Assembly: GCA_017464805.1 (NCBI GenBank)
Contig: JAFTYE010000004.1
Span: forward strand, 6,412-70,411
Reading direction: 5' to 3'
Source: Clostridia bacterium
GTDB taxonomy: Bacteria; Bacillota; Clostridia; Oscillospirales; CAG-272
Length of the DNA: 64,000 nucleotides
The position numbers and the translations under genes are program-made. The notes under the pieces were generated by a model. It saw only the letters and a program-made list of their open reading frames with translations, had not been told where the DNA came from and searched no databases. Below are positions 37,179 to 46,116 of the stretch, piece after piece. Position 1 is the first letter of the stretch. Every line of letters starts with the position of its first letter.

Positions 37179-38278
37179 GCGTTATGTCCAAGAGTGAGGT
37201 GACCACCTCCGCCCTGCGCGATCTGTATGCCTCTTACGGCTACGCGCAGTATCGTATGCGCAAGTTTGAGGAATATGAGCTTTACGTGCGCAACAAGAGC
37301 TTTCTGATCTCCGACCATATGATCACCTTCACCGACCGCGAGGGACGGCTGATGGCCCTGAAGCCCGACGTGACCCTTTCCATCGTCAAAAGCGCGAAGG
37401 ACAGCGAAGGGGTAGAGAAGGTCTACTACCATGAGAGCGTGTACCGCGTGGACAAGGGAAGCGACAGCTTCCATGAGATCACACAGGTGGGGCTGGAATG
37501 TATCGGCGACGTGGATGAATACTGTGTGGGTGAGGTGTTGCTCCTTGCACAAAAGAGCCTCTCTCGCATCAGCGAGGATTACGTGCTGGATATCTCCCAC
37601 CTCGGCATCCTCTCCGATCTGCTGGACGGGGCGGGGCTGTCTGCCGAGGAGGAGGGCAAGCTGCTTGCCTGCATTGGGGAAAAGAATTCCCACGGCATTG
37701 CTACCATCTGCCGCGAAAACGGCGTGGATGAGAGCAAGGCTGCCGCTCTTTGCCGCCTTGCCACCCTGTACGGCGAGGCCGATTCCGTGCTTCCCGTGCT
37801 TGCTTCCATGCCGCTCGGTGAGGGCGGGCGTGCCGCGCTGGCCGCACTTTCCCGCGCGTTGAACGCGCTTTCGGGCACCGACGCGCGCGGCCGCGTGCGG
37901 GTGGATTTTTCGGTCGTTAATGACATGAATTATTACAGCGGCATCGTCTTTCGCGGCTTTGTCGCGGGCGTGCCCGCGGGTGTGCTTTCTGGCGGCGAAT
38001 ACGACTATTTGCTCCGCAAAATGGGAAAGCGCGGCGGCGCGATCGGCTTTGCCGTATACCCCGACCTACTGGACACCGTGGCCGACACGCGCTCCGCGTA
38101 TGACGTAGACGCGGTCGTTCTGTACGACACAAACACCGACCACGCTGCCTTGCGCGCGGCGGTCGATCGGCTGATCGAAGAGGGCAAGCGTGTGCTGGCG
38201 GCGCGCGCCCTACCTGAGAAAAAGACATATCGTGAATGCTACCGCCTGACGGAAGGAGGTGAGCCGGTTCATGCTTAA
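37175..38278 (+). CDS. hisZ: ATP phosphoribosyltransferase regulatory subunit
   Basis: HisRS-like catalytic-core paralogue (LRDLYASYGYAQYRMRKFEEYELY, LMALKPDVT) placed directly before a short-form hisG. Confidence 0.88.
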   Translation: MSVMSKSEVTTSALRDLYASYGYAQYRMRKFEEYELYVRNKSFLISDHMITFTDREGRLMALKPDVTLSIVKSAKDSEGVEKVYYHESVYRVDKGSDSFHEITQVGLECIGDVDEYCVGEVLLLAQKSLSRISEDYVLDISHLGILSDLLDGAGLSAEEEGKLLACIGEKNSHGIATICRENGVDESKAAALCRLATLYGEADSVLPVLASMPLGEGGRAALAALSRALNALSGTDARGRVRVDFSVVNDMNYYSGIVFRGFVAGVPAGVLSGGEYDYLLRKMGKRGGAIGFAVYPDLLDTVADTRSAYDVDAVVLYDTNTDHAALRAAVDRLIEEGKRVLAARALPEKKTYRECYRLTEGGEPVHA

Positions 38279-38900
38279 TATCGCTTTACCGAAGGGACGG
38301 CTGGGCGAGCGCGTCTATTCGATGTTTGAGAAGGCAGGCTTTGCCTGCCCCTCGATCCGTGAAAACAACCGTAGGCTGATCTTTGAGAACGAGGAATGCG
38401 GCGTGCGTTACTTCTGGGTCAAGCCCTCGGATGTGGCCATCTACGTGGAGCGCGGCGCGGCCGACATCGGCGTGGCGGGCAAGGATATTTTGCTCGAATA
38501 CCGCCCCGACGTTTACGAGCTGCTCGACCTCAACACGGGCAAGTGTCGCATGGCGGTTGCCGCCAAAAAGGACTTCCGTGACGATCCCGCGCGCCGTTTG
38601 CGCGTGGCCACCAAGTTCGGCCATATCGCGGAGGGCTACTACGCCTCGCTCGGCCGCGAGATCGACATCATCCACTTAAACGGCTCCATCGAGATTGCCC
38701 CGATCCTCGGTCTTTCCGACGTGATCGTGGATATTGTGGAGACCGGCACCACCTTGAAGGAAAACGACCTGGCGGTGATGGAGGAGATCGTGCCCATCAG
38801 CGCACGCCTGATCGCCAACAAAGCCAACTTCAAATTCAAATGCGAGCCGATCGAACGCTTGCTTGCAAGCCTGCGGGAGCAGGTGGAGGAAACCAAATGA
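38271..38900 (+). CDS. hisG: ATP phosphoribosyltransferase, short form
   Basis: MLNIALPKGRL, GAADIGVAGKD and ETGTTLKEN motifs. About 209 aa, lacking the C-terminal regulatory domain. Confidence 0.93.
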   Translation: MLNIALPKGRLGERVYSMFEKAGFACPSIRENNRRLIFENEECGVRYFWVKPSDVAIYVERGAADIGVAGKDILLEYRPDVYELLDLNTGKCRMAVAAKKDFRDDPARRLRVATKFGHIAEGYYASLGREIDIIHLNGSIEIAPILGLSDVIVDIVETGTTLKENDLAVMEEIVPISARLIANKANFKFKCEPIERLLASLREQVEETK

Positions 38901-40177
38901 TCAAAATACTCAAATACGGTGAGGTGGCAAACGAGGATATCTTCGCGCGTGCCGTACCTGCCGTGAACGTAGAGGCCACCGTTGTCGATATCATCGCCAA
39001 TGTGCGCGCGAACGGAGATGCCGCCGTGCTGGAATACTGCCGCCGCTTTGACGGCGCGGAGCTGTTTACCCTGGCGGTCAGCGAGGCTGAGATCGACGAG
39101 GCCATGGCCTCAGTCGAGCCAAAGTTCCTTGAAATTCTCGAAAATGCTGCAAAAAACATCCGCGCCTTCCACGAAAAGCAGGTGCGCAACAGTTTTATTG
39201 TGAACAACGAAAACGGCATCGTCATCGGGCAGAAGATCATCCCCGTTGACCGTGCGGGTCTGTACGTCCCGGGCGGCACGGCGGCCTACCCCTCGACGGT
39301 GCTCATGGATGCCATCCCCGCCAAGATCGCGGGTTGCCGCGAGGTGGTGATGGTCAGCCCCCCGAACAAGGAAGGGAAGATCAACCCGGTGATCCTTGCC
39401 GCCGCGCGTGTGGCGGGCATTGACCGCATCTTCAAGGTCGGTGGCGCACAGGCCATCGCCGCCCTTGCCTACGGCACCGAAAGCATCCCGAAGGTCGATA
39501 AGATCGTCGGCCCGGGCAATGCCTTTGTCGCGGAGGCGAAGAAGCAGGTTTTTGGTGCCGTATCCATCGACATGATCGCGGGGCCGAGCGAAATTCTCGT
39601 GCTTGCCGACGGCAAAAGTAACCCCCGTCACGTTGCGGCTGACCTGCTCTCGCAGGCGGAGCACGACAAGATGGCCAGTGCGGTGCTGGTCACCGATTGC
39701 GCGAAATTTGCCGAGGCGGTTTCCGCCGAGATCGAGCGGCAGATCCCCGCGCTCACCCGCGCCGAGATCGCGCGCGAGTCGATCGACAAAAACGGCAAGA
39801 TCATCGTCGCACCCGACCTCTCGGTCGCCATCGACATTGCCAACGAGATCGCGCCCGAGCATCTCGAACTGTGCGTCGATAACCCCTTCGACTATCTGGA
39901 TGCCATCCGTCACGCGGGCTCAATCTTCATGGGCCGCAACTGTCCCGAGGCACTCGGCGACTACTTCGCAGGCCCGAACCACACCCTGCCCACCAGCGGC
40001 ACGGCGAAATTTTCCAGTCCTCTGTCGGTGGACGATTTCATCAAAAAGACCCAGTACACCTACTACACAAGGGATGCCCTTGCAAGGGTAGCCTCGGACA
40101 TTGCCTTCTTTGCCGAAAAGGAAGGCCTGTCCGCCCACGCCAAAAGTGCGACCGTGCGCTTTGAGGAGGAAACATGA
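38897..40177 (+). CDS. hisD: Histidinol dehydrogenase
   Basis: IDMIAGPSEILV, QAEHD and GDYFAGPNHTLPT motifs. ATGA overlap with hisG. Confidence 0.93.
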   Translation: MIKILKYGEVANEDIFARAVPAVNVEATVVDIIANVRANGDAAVLEYCRRFDGAELFTLAVSEAEIDEAMASVEPKFLEILENAAKNIRAFHEKQVRNSFIVNNENGIVIGQKIIPVDRAGLYVPGGTAAYPSTVLMDAIPAKIAGCREVVMVSPPNKEGKINPVILAAARVAGIDRIFKVGGAQAIAALAYGTESIPKVDKIVGPGNAFVAEAKKQVFGAVSIDMIAGPSEILVLADGKSNPRHVAADLLSQAEHDKMASAVLVTDCAKFAEAVSAEIERQIPALTRAEIARESIDKNGKIIVAPDLSVAIDIANEIAPEHLELCVDNPFDYLDAIRHAGSIFMGRNCPEALGDYFAGPNHTLPTSGTAKFSSPLSVDDFIKKTQYTYYTRDALARVASDIAFFAEKEGLSAHAKSATVRFEEET

Positions 40178-41238
40178 GCCGCTTTGCAGGGAAAACTCTC
40201 GAAAATCTGATGCCCTACACTCCCGGCGAGCAGCCGCGGGATATGCAGTACATCAAGCTCAACACCAATGAGTCGCCCTTCCCGCCTTCGGGCAAGGCAC
40301 AAGCGGCGGCGGCTTCAGTCGCCGCGCGGCTCCAACTTTACCCCGACCCCACCTGTCGCGCCCTGCACGAGGCGTATGCCGCGAGCGTGGGTGTGCCCGC
40401 CGACTGCGTGCTGGCCACCAACGGCTCGGATGAGATCCTCAACTTCGCCTTTATGGCCTTTTGTGACGAAAACACCCCTGCTGCCTTCGCGGACATCACC
40501 TACGGCTTTTACGAGGTGTTTGCCCAGCTGAACCGTGTGCCTTACCGCAAAATCCCCTTGAACGAGGACTTTACCCTGCCGATCGAGGCGTTTTGTAAAA
40601 ACGACGCGACCCTGTTCATTGCCAATCCCAACGCCCCCACGGGCATTGCCCTGCCGGCTTCGGAGATCGAGCGCATCTTGCAGGCGAACCCCGACCGCGT
40701 GGTGCTGGTCGATGAGGCGTATGTGGACTTCGGCGGGGAGAGCTGTATCCCGCTGGTTGCACAATATGACAACCTGCTCGTCACCCAGACCTTTTCCAAA
40801 TCCCGCTCCATGGCGGGCGCGCGCCTCGGCTTTGGCGTAGGAAATCCCGCGCTGATCGCCGACCTCAATATCATCAAATATTCAACCAACCCCTATAACA
40901 TCAACTCGATGACCATGGCCGCAGGCCTCGGCGTGCTGGCCGATGAGTCATATACGCGCGCAAACTGCGAAACGGTCATCGAAAACCGCGAGTATCTGGC
41001 GGCGGAGCTTGCCAGAATGGGCTTCATCGTTTTGCCCTCGCGCACCAATTTCGTCTTTGCAAAGCACCCGCGTATGGACGGCGAGGAGATCTACCGCTAC
41101 CTGCGCGAGCGGGGCATTCTGGTTCGCCACTTTACATCTCCCCGTATCGCCGACTACAACCGCATCACGATCGGCGCGCGCGCGGATATGGAAACGCTGG
41201 TAAATACCCTGCAAAAAATTCTGGAGGAAACGACATGA
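40174..41238 (+). CDS. hisC: Histidinol-phosphate aminotransferase
   Basis: KLNTNESPFPPS, and TFSKSRSMAGARLG carrying the PLP lysine. Confidence 0.92.
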   Translation: MSRFAGKTLENLMPYTPGEQPRDMQYIKLNTNESPFPPSGKAQAAAASVAARLQLYPDPTCRALHEAYAASVGVPADCVLATNGSDEILNFAFMAFCDENTPAAFADITYGFYEVFAQLNRVPYRKIPLNEDFTLPIEAFCKNDATLFIANPNAPTGIALPASEIERILQANPDRVVLVDEAYVDFGGESCIPLVAQYDNLLVTQTFSKSRSMAGARLGFGVGNPALIADLNIIKYSTNPYNINSMTMAAGLGVLADESYTRANCETVIENREYLAAELARMGFIVLPSRTNFVFAKHPRMDGEEIYRYLRERGILVRHFTSPRIADYNRITIGARADMETLVNTLQKILEETT

Positions 41239-41822
41239 GAATATCCGAGATCAAGCGTAAAAGCGCGGAGACAGATATCAACCTTTCCCTGAACATAGAC
41301 GGAAGCGGCAAGGTCGACGTGAAGACCGGCTGCGGCTTCCTTGACCACATGCTGACCCTCTTTGCCTCGCATGGTCGCTTTGACCTGACCGTGTCCTGCG
41401 TAGGGGACGTGCAGGTGGACGACCACCACACTGTCGAGGACGTGGGCATCTGCCTTGGCCGTGCCTTCCGTGAGGCGCTGGGCGAGAAGCGCGGCATCGT
41501 CCGTTACGGCTCCATGGCCCTGCCGATGGACGAGAGCCTCATTCTTGCCGCCGTGGATCTGTCCGGCCGTGCCTACCTCGGCTACGATCTTACCATCCCT
41601 GCCGAAAAGGTCGGTAGCTTTGACACCGAGCTTGGTGAGGAATTCTGGTTTGCCTTCGTGCGCGAGGCGGGTGCCACCCTGCATGTGCGTCAGTTGGCGG
41701 GAAAAAACTCTCACCATTTGCTGGAGGGCTCCTTCAAAGCGGTCGCCCGCGCACTCCGTGCTGCCGTCGCGATCGATCCCGCCCTCGGTGGAGAGATTCC
41801 GTCCACGAAGGGGGCTCTCTGA
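41235..41822 (+). CDS. hisB: Imidazoleglycerol-phosphate dehydratase
   Basis: RKSAETDI, GFLDHML and DDHHTVEDVGI motifs. Confidence 0.93.
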   Translation: MRISEIKRKSAETDINLSLNIDGSGKVDVKTGCGFLDHMLTLFASHGRFDLTVSCVGDVQVDDHHTVEDVGICLGRAFREALGEKRGIVRYGSMALPMDESLILAAVDLSGRAYLGYDLTIPAEKVGSFDTELGEEFWFAFVREAGATLHVRQLAGKNSHHLLEGSFKAVARALRAAVAIDPALGGEIPSTKGAL

Positions 41823-42439
41823 TGATCGCCATTGTGGATTACGGCGTTGGAAATTTGTTTTCCCTGCGCTCCTCTCTTGTCGCCGTAGGGGCAGAGGTAG
41901 TCGTTACGGACGACCCGTGTGTTCTGCGCGCGGCAGATAAGATCATTTTGCCGGGCGTCGGCGCGTTTGAGGATGCCGCCCGCAAGCTCCGCGAAAGCGG
42001 CCTTGATACCGTGGTCATCGAGGAAGCCAAAAAGGGGAAACCTCTGCTTGGCATCTGCCTCGGTATGCAGATGCTCTTTGACCGTAGCTACGAGTACGGT
42101 GAGCACCGCGGCCTTGGTCTCGTCCCCGGCTCGGTGCGTCCGATCGCGGATGTGATCCCTGCGGATCTGAAAATCCCGCACATCGGCTGGAACGCTCTGC
42201 ATTTCGGGGGGAAAAAGCACCCTCTGTTCCGCTACCTCAACGAAGGGGATCATGTGTATTTCGTGCATTCTTATTATGCGGCGGAATGCGAGGAAAGCGT
42301 CATTGCCACCGCCGAATACGGTGCGCCCTTGACGGCGGCCGTCGCACGCGGCAACGTCATGGGATGCCAGTTCCATCCCGAAAAAAGCGGCCGCGTGGGC
42401 CTATCCATTTTGCGTGCCTTTGCGGAAACGGAGGAATGA
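41822..42439 (+). CDS. hisH: Imidazole glycerol phosphate synthase, glutaminase subunit
   Basis: IAIVDYGVGNLFS, GICLGMQ and the HSY catalytic triad context. Confidence 0.93.
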   Translation: MIAIVDYGVGNLFSLRSSLVAVGAEVVVTDDPCVLRAADKIILPGVGAFEDAARKLRESGLDTVVIEEAKKGKPLLGICLGMQMLFDRSYEYGEHRGLGLVPGSVRPIADVIPADLKIPHIGWNALHFGGKKHPLFRYLNEGDHVYFVHSYYAAECEESVIATAEYGAPLTAAVARGNVMGCQFHPEKSGRVGLSILRAFAETEE

Positions 42440-42442
42440 AAT

Positions 42443-43159
42443 ATGTATATTTTTCCTGCCATTGACCTCTTTGAGGGCAAGGCTGTGCGTCTGTATAAGG
42501 GCGACTACGACAAAATGACCGTTTACCACAACGACCCTACCTGCGTGGCGCGTGATTTCGCCGTTGCCGGGGCAAGCTATCTGCACCTGGTGGACCTGGA
42601 GGGGGCAAAAACGGGTGTAACGCCCAATCTCGATACCATTCGCGCTATTCTTGCCTCGGCAGATTTGTTCACCGAGGTCGGGGGCGGTATCCGTTCCATG
42701 GAAACGGTCAAAACCTATCTGGATGCGGGTGTGTCTCGTGTCATCCTCGGCACCGCCGCCGTCACCGACCGTGAATTTCTTCTGCGCGCGGCCGATGCCT
42801 ACGGAGATAAGATCGCCGTCGGCGCGGATATAAAGGACGGCAAGATCGCCATTCGCGGCTGGCGCGAGGTGGCTGACCTCACGGTCGAGGATTTCTGCCG
42901 CGACCTGCAATCGATCGGCATTTCTTGCGTCATCTGTACCGACATTTCCAAGGACGGTGCTATGATGGGCGCGAACCATGACCTCTACCGTGACCTGTCG
43001 GTGCGCTTTTCGATGAATTTCATTGCCTCGGGTGGCGTGTCCTCAATCGGGGACGTTGCCCGCCTTTCCGGCATGGGACTGTACGGCGCGATTATCGGCA
43101 AGGCCTATTATACGGGTGCCATTGACCTGCGCGAGGCGATCGAGGTGGCAAAAGCATGA
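42443..43159 (+). CDS. hisA: ProFAR isomerase
   Basis: IFPAIDLFEGKAVRL and GGGIRS motifs. Confidence 0.92.
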   Translation: MYIFPAIDLFEGKAVRLYKGDYDKMTVYHNDPTCVARDFAVAGASYLHLVDLEGAKTGVTPNLDTIRAILASADLFTEVGGGIRSMETVKTYLDAGVSRVILGTAAVTDREFLLRAADAYGDKIAVGADIKDGKIAIRGWREVADLTVEDFCRDLQSIGISCVICTDISKDGAMMGANHDLYRDLSVRFSMNFIASGGVSSIGDVARLSGMGLYGAIIGKAYYTGAIDLREAIEVAKA

Positions 43160-43917
43160 TTACAAAGAGAATTATCCCTTGCCTGGACGTCAAAAACGGC
43201 CGCGTGGTCAAGGGCGTGAATTTTGAAGGACTGAACGATGTTTCCGGCCCTGTGGAGCTTGCGAAATTTTACAGCGACTGCGGTGCCGACGAGCTGGTCT
43301 TTTACGACATCACCGCCTCCGCCGAGGGGCGTGCCCTGTTTACCGATATCCTGACCGAGGTTGCCTCCGAGATCTTTATCCCCCTGACCGTGGGCGGCGG
43401 CATCAACTCGCTTTCGGACTTTGACCGCGTGCTCAAATGCGGCGCGGATAAGGTCAGCGTCAACTCGGGCGCGATCCGCAACCGGGATCTCGTGCGTGAG
43501 GCCGCCAAGCGTTACGGTGACCAGTGCGTGGTCCTCTCCGTGGATGTCAAGCGAGTGAACGGCGTGTTCCGCGTGTTCGCCAAGGGAGGACGGGAGAACA
43601 CGGGCATGGAGGCCATCGAATGGATCCGCCGCTGTGTCGGTGAGGGCGCGGGCGAGGTCGTGGTCAACTCCATCGACACCGACGGCGTGAAAAACGGCTT
43701 TGACCTGCCGATGCTGAAGGCGGTCTGCGATGCGGTTTCGGTTCCCGTCATCGCCTCGGGCGGTGCGGGCAGTATCCGCCATTTTGTGGATCTCTTTTCC
43801 ACGCTTCCGCAAGTGGACGCGGGGCTTGCCGCCTCGATCTTCCACTTCCGCGAGGTCGCTATTGAGGAATTGAAGCAAGAGCTGCGCGCGCACGACATTC
43901 CCGTGCGGCTGGGGTGA
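43156..43917 (+). CDS. hisF: Imidazole glycerol phosphate synthase, cyclase subunit
   Basis: KRIIPCLDVKNGRVVKG, DELVFYDITAS and PVIASGGAG motifs. Confidence 0.95.
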   Translation: MITKRIIPCLDVKNGRVVKGVNFEGLNDVSGPVELAKFYSDCGADELVFYDITASAEGRALFTDILTEVASEIFIPLTVGGGINSLSDFDRVLKCGADKVSVNSGAIRNRDLVREAAKRYGDQCVVLSVDVKRVNGVFRVFAKGGRENTGMEAIEWIRRCVGEGAGEVVVNSIDTDGVKNGFDLPMLKAVCDAVSVPVIASGGAGSIRHFVDLFSTLPQVDAGLAASIFHFREVAIEELKQELRAHDIPVRLG

Positions 43918-43920
43918 GTT

Positions 43921-44214
43921 ATGGGTGTGTTGAATGTCATCCTGTACTGCCTCTGCAACACCCTGCGCCTGGCCGTGGGACTTGCCGAGACCCTGATCGT
44001 CCTTCGTGCGCTCCTTTCCTGGTTTCCCATCGACGAGGAGAGCCTTATTCCGCGTCTGCTGTATGCCCTGACCGAGCCGATCATCATGCCCGTGCGGGCG
44101 ATCCTATCTCGCTTCGGCATGGACGGGGATAGCTCGCTCATTGACTTCTCTCCTCTCATAACCATGCTTCTTTTGATGTTTATCGGCATGTTTTTGCCCG
44201 AAATAACCTTGTAA
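43921..44214 (+). CDS. yggT: YggT-family membrane protein
   Basis: 97 aa with two TM segments. LLSWFP and EPIIMPVR motifs are typical of the YggT family. Confidence 0.8.
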   Translation: MGVLNVILYCLCNTLRLAVGLAETLIVLRALLSWFPIDEESLIPRLLYALTEPIIMPVRAILSRFGMDGDSSLIDFSPLITMLLLMFIGMFLPEITL

Positions 44215-44224
44215 GGAAGAAATT

Positions 44225-44749
44225 ATGCGTTCTTTTCTAAAATCCAAATGGGCACCGCTTGTGCTCGCCCTTATCGCGGTCATCCTTGACCAGATCACCA
44301 AGGCCCTGGCGGTCGCGTACCTCAAACCCATCTCGACCTTCCCGATCATCGAGGGGGTTTTTCATCTCACCTACCGCATCAACTACGGAGCGGCGTTTTC
44401 CATGTTCGAGGATCAGCCGTGGGTGTTTATGACCGTGTCCACGGTCGCCATCCTTGGCATTCTTGTGTACTATTTTTGGGACAAAAAGCTCACCCCCGCC
44501 ATCCGTTACCCCCTCTGCATGATCGTGGGCGGCGGCATCGGCAACATGATCGACCGCATCTTCGTCGGGTACGTGGTGGACTTTTTCGACGCGCGCTTTA
44601 TCAACTTCGCTGTTTTCAACGTGGCCGACTGCTTCGTGACGGTCGGGGCGTTTCTGTTGTTCTTTGTGATTCTTCTCGATACCATCCGTGAGGAACGCGC
44701 CAAAAAGAAAAAAGGAGAAGTAGCCGATGACGACTCTCTCCGTTCGTGA
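44225..44749 (+). CDS. lspA: Lipoprotein signal peptidase (signal peptidase II)
   Basis: DQITK, YGAAFS, GGGIGNMIDR and FNVADCF motifs. Confidence 0.93.
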   Translation: MRSFLKSKWAPLVLALIAVILDQITKALAVAYLKPISTFPIIEGVFHLTYRINYGAAFSMFEDQPWVFMTVSTVAILGILVYYFWDKKLTPAIRYPLCMIVGGGIGNMIDRIFVGYVVDFFDARFINFAVFNVADCFVTVGAFLLFFVILLDTIREERAKKKKGEVADDDSLRS

Positions 44750-45668
44750 GGAGGACGGCGGCCTTCGCCTTGACAGCTTTCTTTCGGTCGCGGCGGATAT
44801 CTCCCGCTCGGCCGCCGTGCGACTGATCGAGGGCGGTAACGTTCTGCTCAATGGCGCACCTGCCGACAAAAAAGCCCGCCTTTCGGCAGGCGACGAGGTG
44901 TCCTACGAGATCCCCGCCCCCCGCGAAACGGGGGTAGAAGCACAGGACATTCCACTTCGCGTGCTCTACGAGGATGACGACCTGCTTGTCATCGATAAGC
45001 CGAGCGGTATGGTGGTTCACCCCGCTGCGGGCAACGAGGAAGGCACATTGGTCAACGCCCTGCTTCATCATTGCGGGGACAGTCTTTCGGGGGTGGGCGG
45101 CGAGCTTCGTCCCGGTATCGTCCACCGTATCGACAAGGATACAAGCGGCCTGATCGCCGTTGCCAAAAACGACGCGGCCCACCGCTCCCTTGCCGCCCAG
45201 CTCGAGGATCGCAGCATGCACCGCATCTACCACGCGCTGGTGAACGGCGGCTTCTCGGAGGACGAGGGAACGATTGACCTCCCTATTGGCCGCCACCCGA
45301 AGGATCGTAAGAAAATGGCCGTTTTGCGCGAGGGGCAGGGGAATGCCCGCCGCGCCGTTACCCATTATCGTGTGCTGGCCCGCTACGGGGCGGTCAGCTA
45401 TCTTGCCCTGCGGCTGGAAACCGGGCGCACTCACCAGATCCGCGTGCATATGGCGGCTAAAGGACACCCGCTCCTCGGGGATACCGTCTACGGCGGCGGT
45501 CACACCGCCTTTGAAAAAAAGCATGCCGCCCTGCTCTCGGGGCAGTGTCTGCATGCCAAGGAGCTGACCTTCGTTCACCCGCGAACGGGGGATTCCGTGA
45601 CCGTCACCTCCGAGCTGCCGCCCGACTTTGTGCGGTTGCTTACCATTCTCGAGGCGCAAAATACCTAA
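44727..45668 (+). CDS. rluD: RluA/RluD-family 23S rRNA pseudouridine synthase
   Basis: S4-like N-domain, catalytic HRIDKDTSGL, and GRTHQIRVHM. Confidence 0.9.
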   Translation: MTTLSVREEDGGLRLDSFLSVAADISRSAAVRLIEGGNVLLNGAPADKKARLSAGDEVSYEIPAPRETGVEAQDIPLRVLYEDDDLLVIDKPSGMVVHPAAGNEEGTLVNALLHHCGDSLSGVGGELRPGIVHRIDKDTSGLIAVAKNDAAHRSLAAQLEDRSMHRIYHALVNGGFSEDEGTIDLPIGRHPKDRKKMAVLREGQGNARRAVTHYRVLARYGAVSYLALRLETGRTHQIRVHMAAKGHPLLGDTVYGGGHTAFEKKHAALLSGQCLHAKELTFVHPRTGDSVTVTSELPPDFVRLLTILEAQNT

Positions 45669-45672
45669 AAAA

Positions 45673-45699
45673 GTCGGGGGATGCGTAGCATCCCCCGAC
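45673..45699. terminator. Hairpin between convergent genes. It has a T-tract only on the minus strand, so it mainly terminates the small Cys-rich gene.
   Basis: GTCGGGGGATGC-GTA-GCATCCCCCGAC, a perfect 12-bp stem. The minus strand continues TTTTTT. Confidence 0.8.
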
Positions 45700-45701
45700 C
45701 T

Positions 45702-45944
45702 TCAGACACGCTTAAAGCCAAGCGTGTGTAACAAGTCCGCTGTGTCGGTCAAATCGCACAGGCGAATCAGATCGTCCACGGTCAGCTCGTCCGCGCAGTC
45801 CGCGCAGAAATACCGTCCGTTTCCGTAAAATGCCTCGCCGTCCTCGATCGGCTCGTCACAGATCTCGCAGACGGCCGTGTCGCGCCCGTCCCATCGCTCG
45901 GGACAGGCAGACGGACAAAGGGCAAGGGAACAATTCTGACACAT
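45702..45944 (-). CDS. Small (80 aa) cysteine-rich protein with zinc-ribbon-like CxxC pairs; function unknown
   Basis: MCQNCSLALCPSACPERW...CEICDEPIEDGEAFYGNGRYFCADCADELTVDDL... SD GAAAGGAAAG before the ATG at 45944. The track start at 46076 lies inside the -35 box of its own promoter. Confidence 0.6.
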   Translation of the reverse strand: MCQNCSLALCPSACPERWDGRDTAVCEICDEPIEDGEAFYGNGRYFCADCADELTVDDLIRLCDLTDTADLLHTLGFKRV

Positions 45945-46047
45945 ATCTTTCCTTTCGGGAAAGCACAGGGATGCCTTTGGCTGACCCCTCGGCGCGATTG
46001 CTCTCGGTGTATTCGTCCCCTTTGGTGAAGTCTTCGGGGACGGTTGC

Positions 46048-46076
46048 ATTATACCACGTCCTTTTCCGTATGTCAA
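46048..46076 (-). promoter_or_regulatory. Consensus sigma-A promoter of the small Cys-rich gene
   Basis: TTGACA (46076-46071), 17-nt spacer, TGg-TATAAT (46053-46048). Confidence 0.75.
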
Positions 46077-46116
46077 GGAGAAATAGTAAAAATTACGAAT
46101 TTTTTAAGAGGAAACT

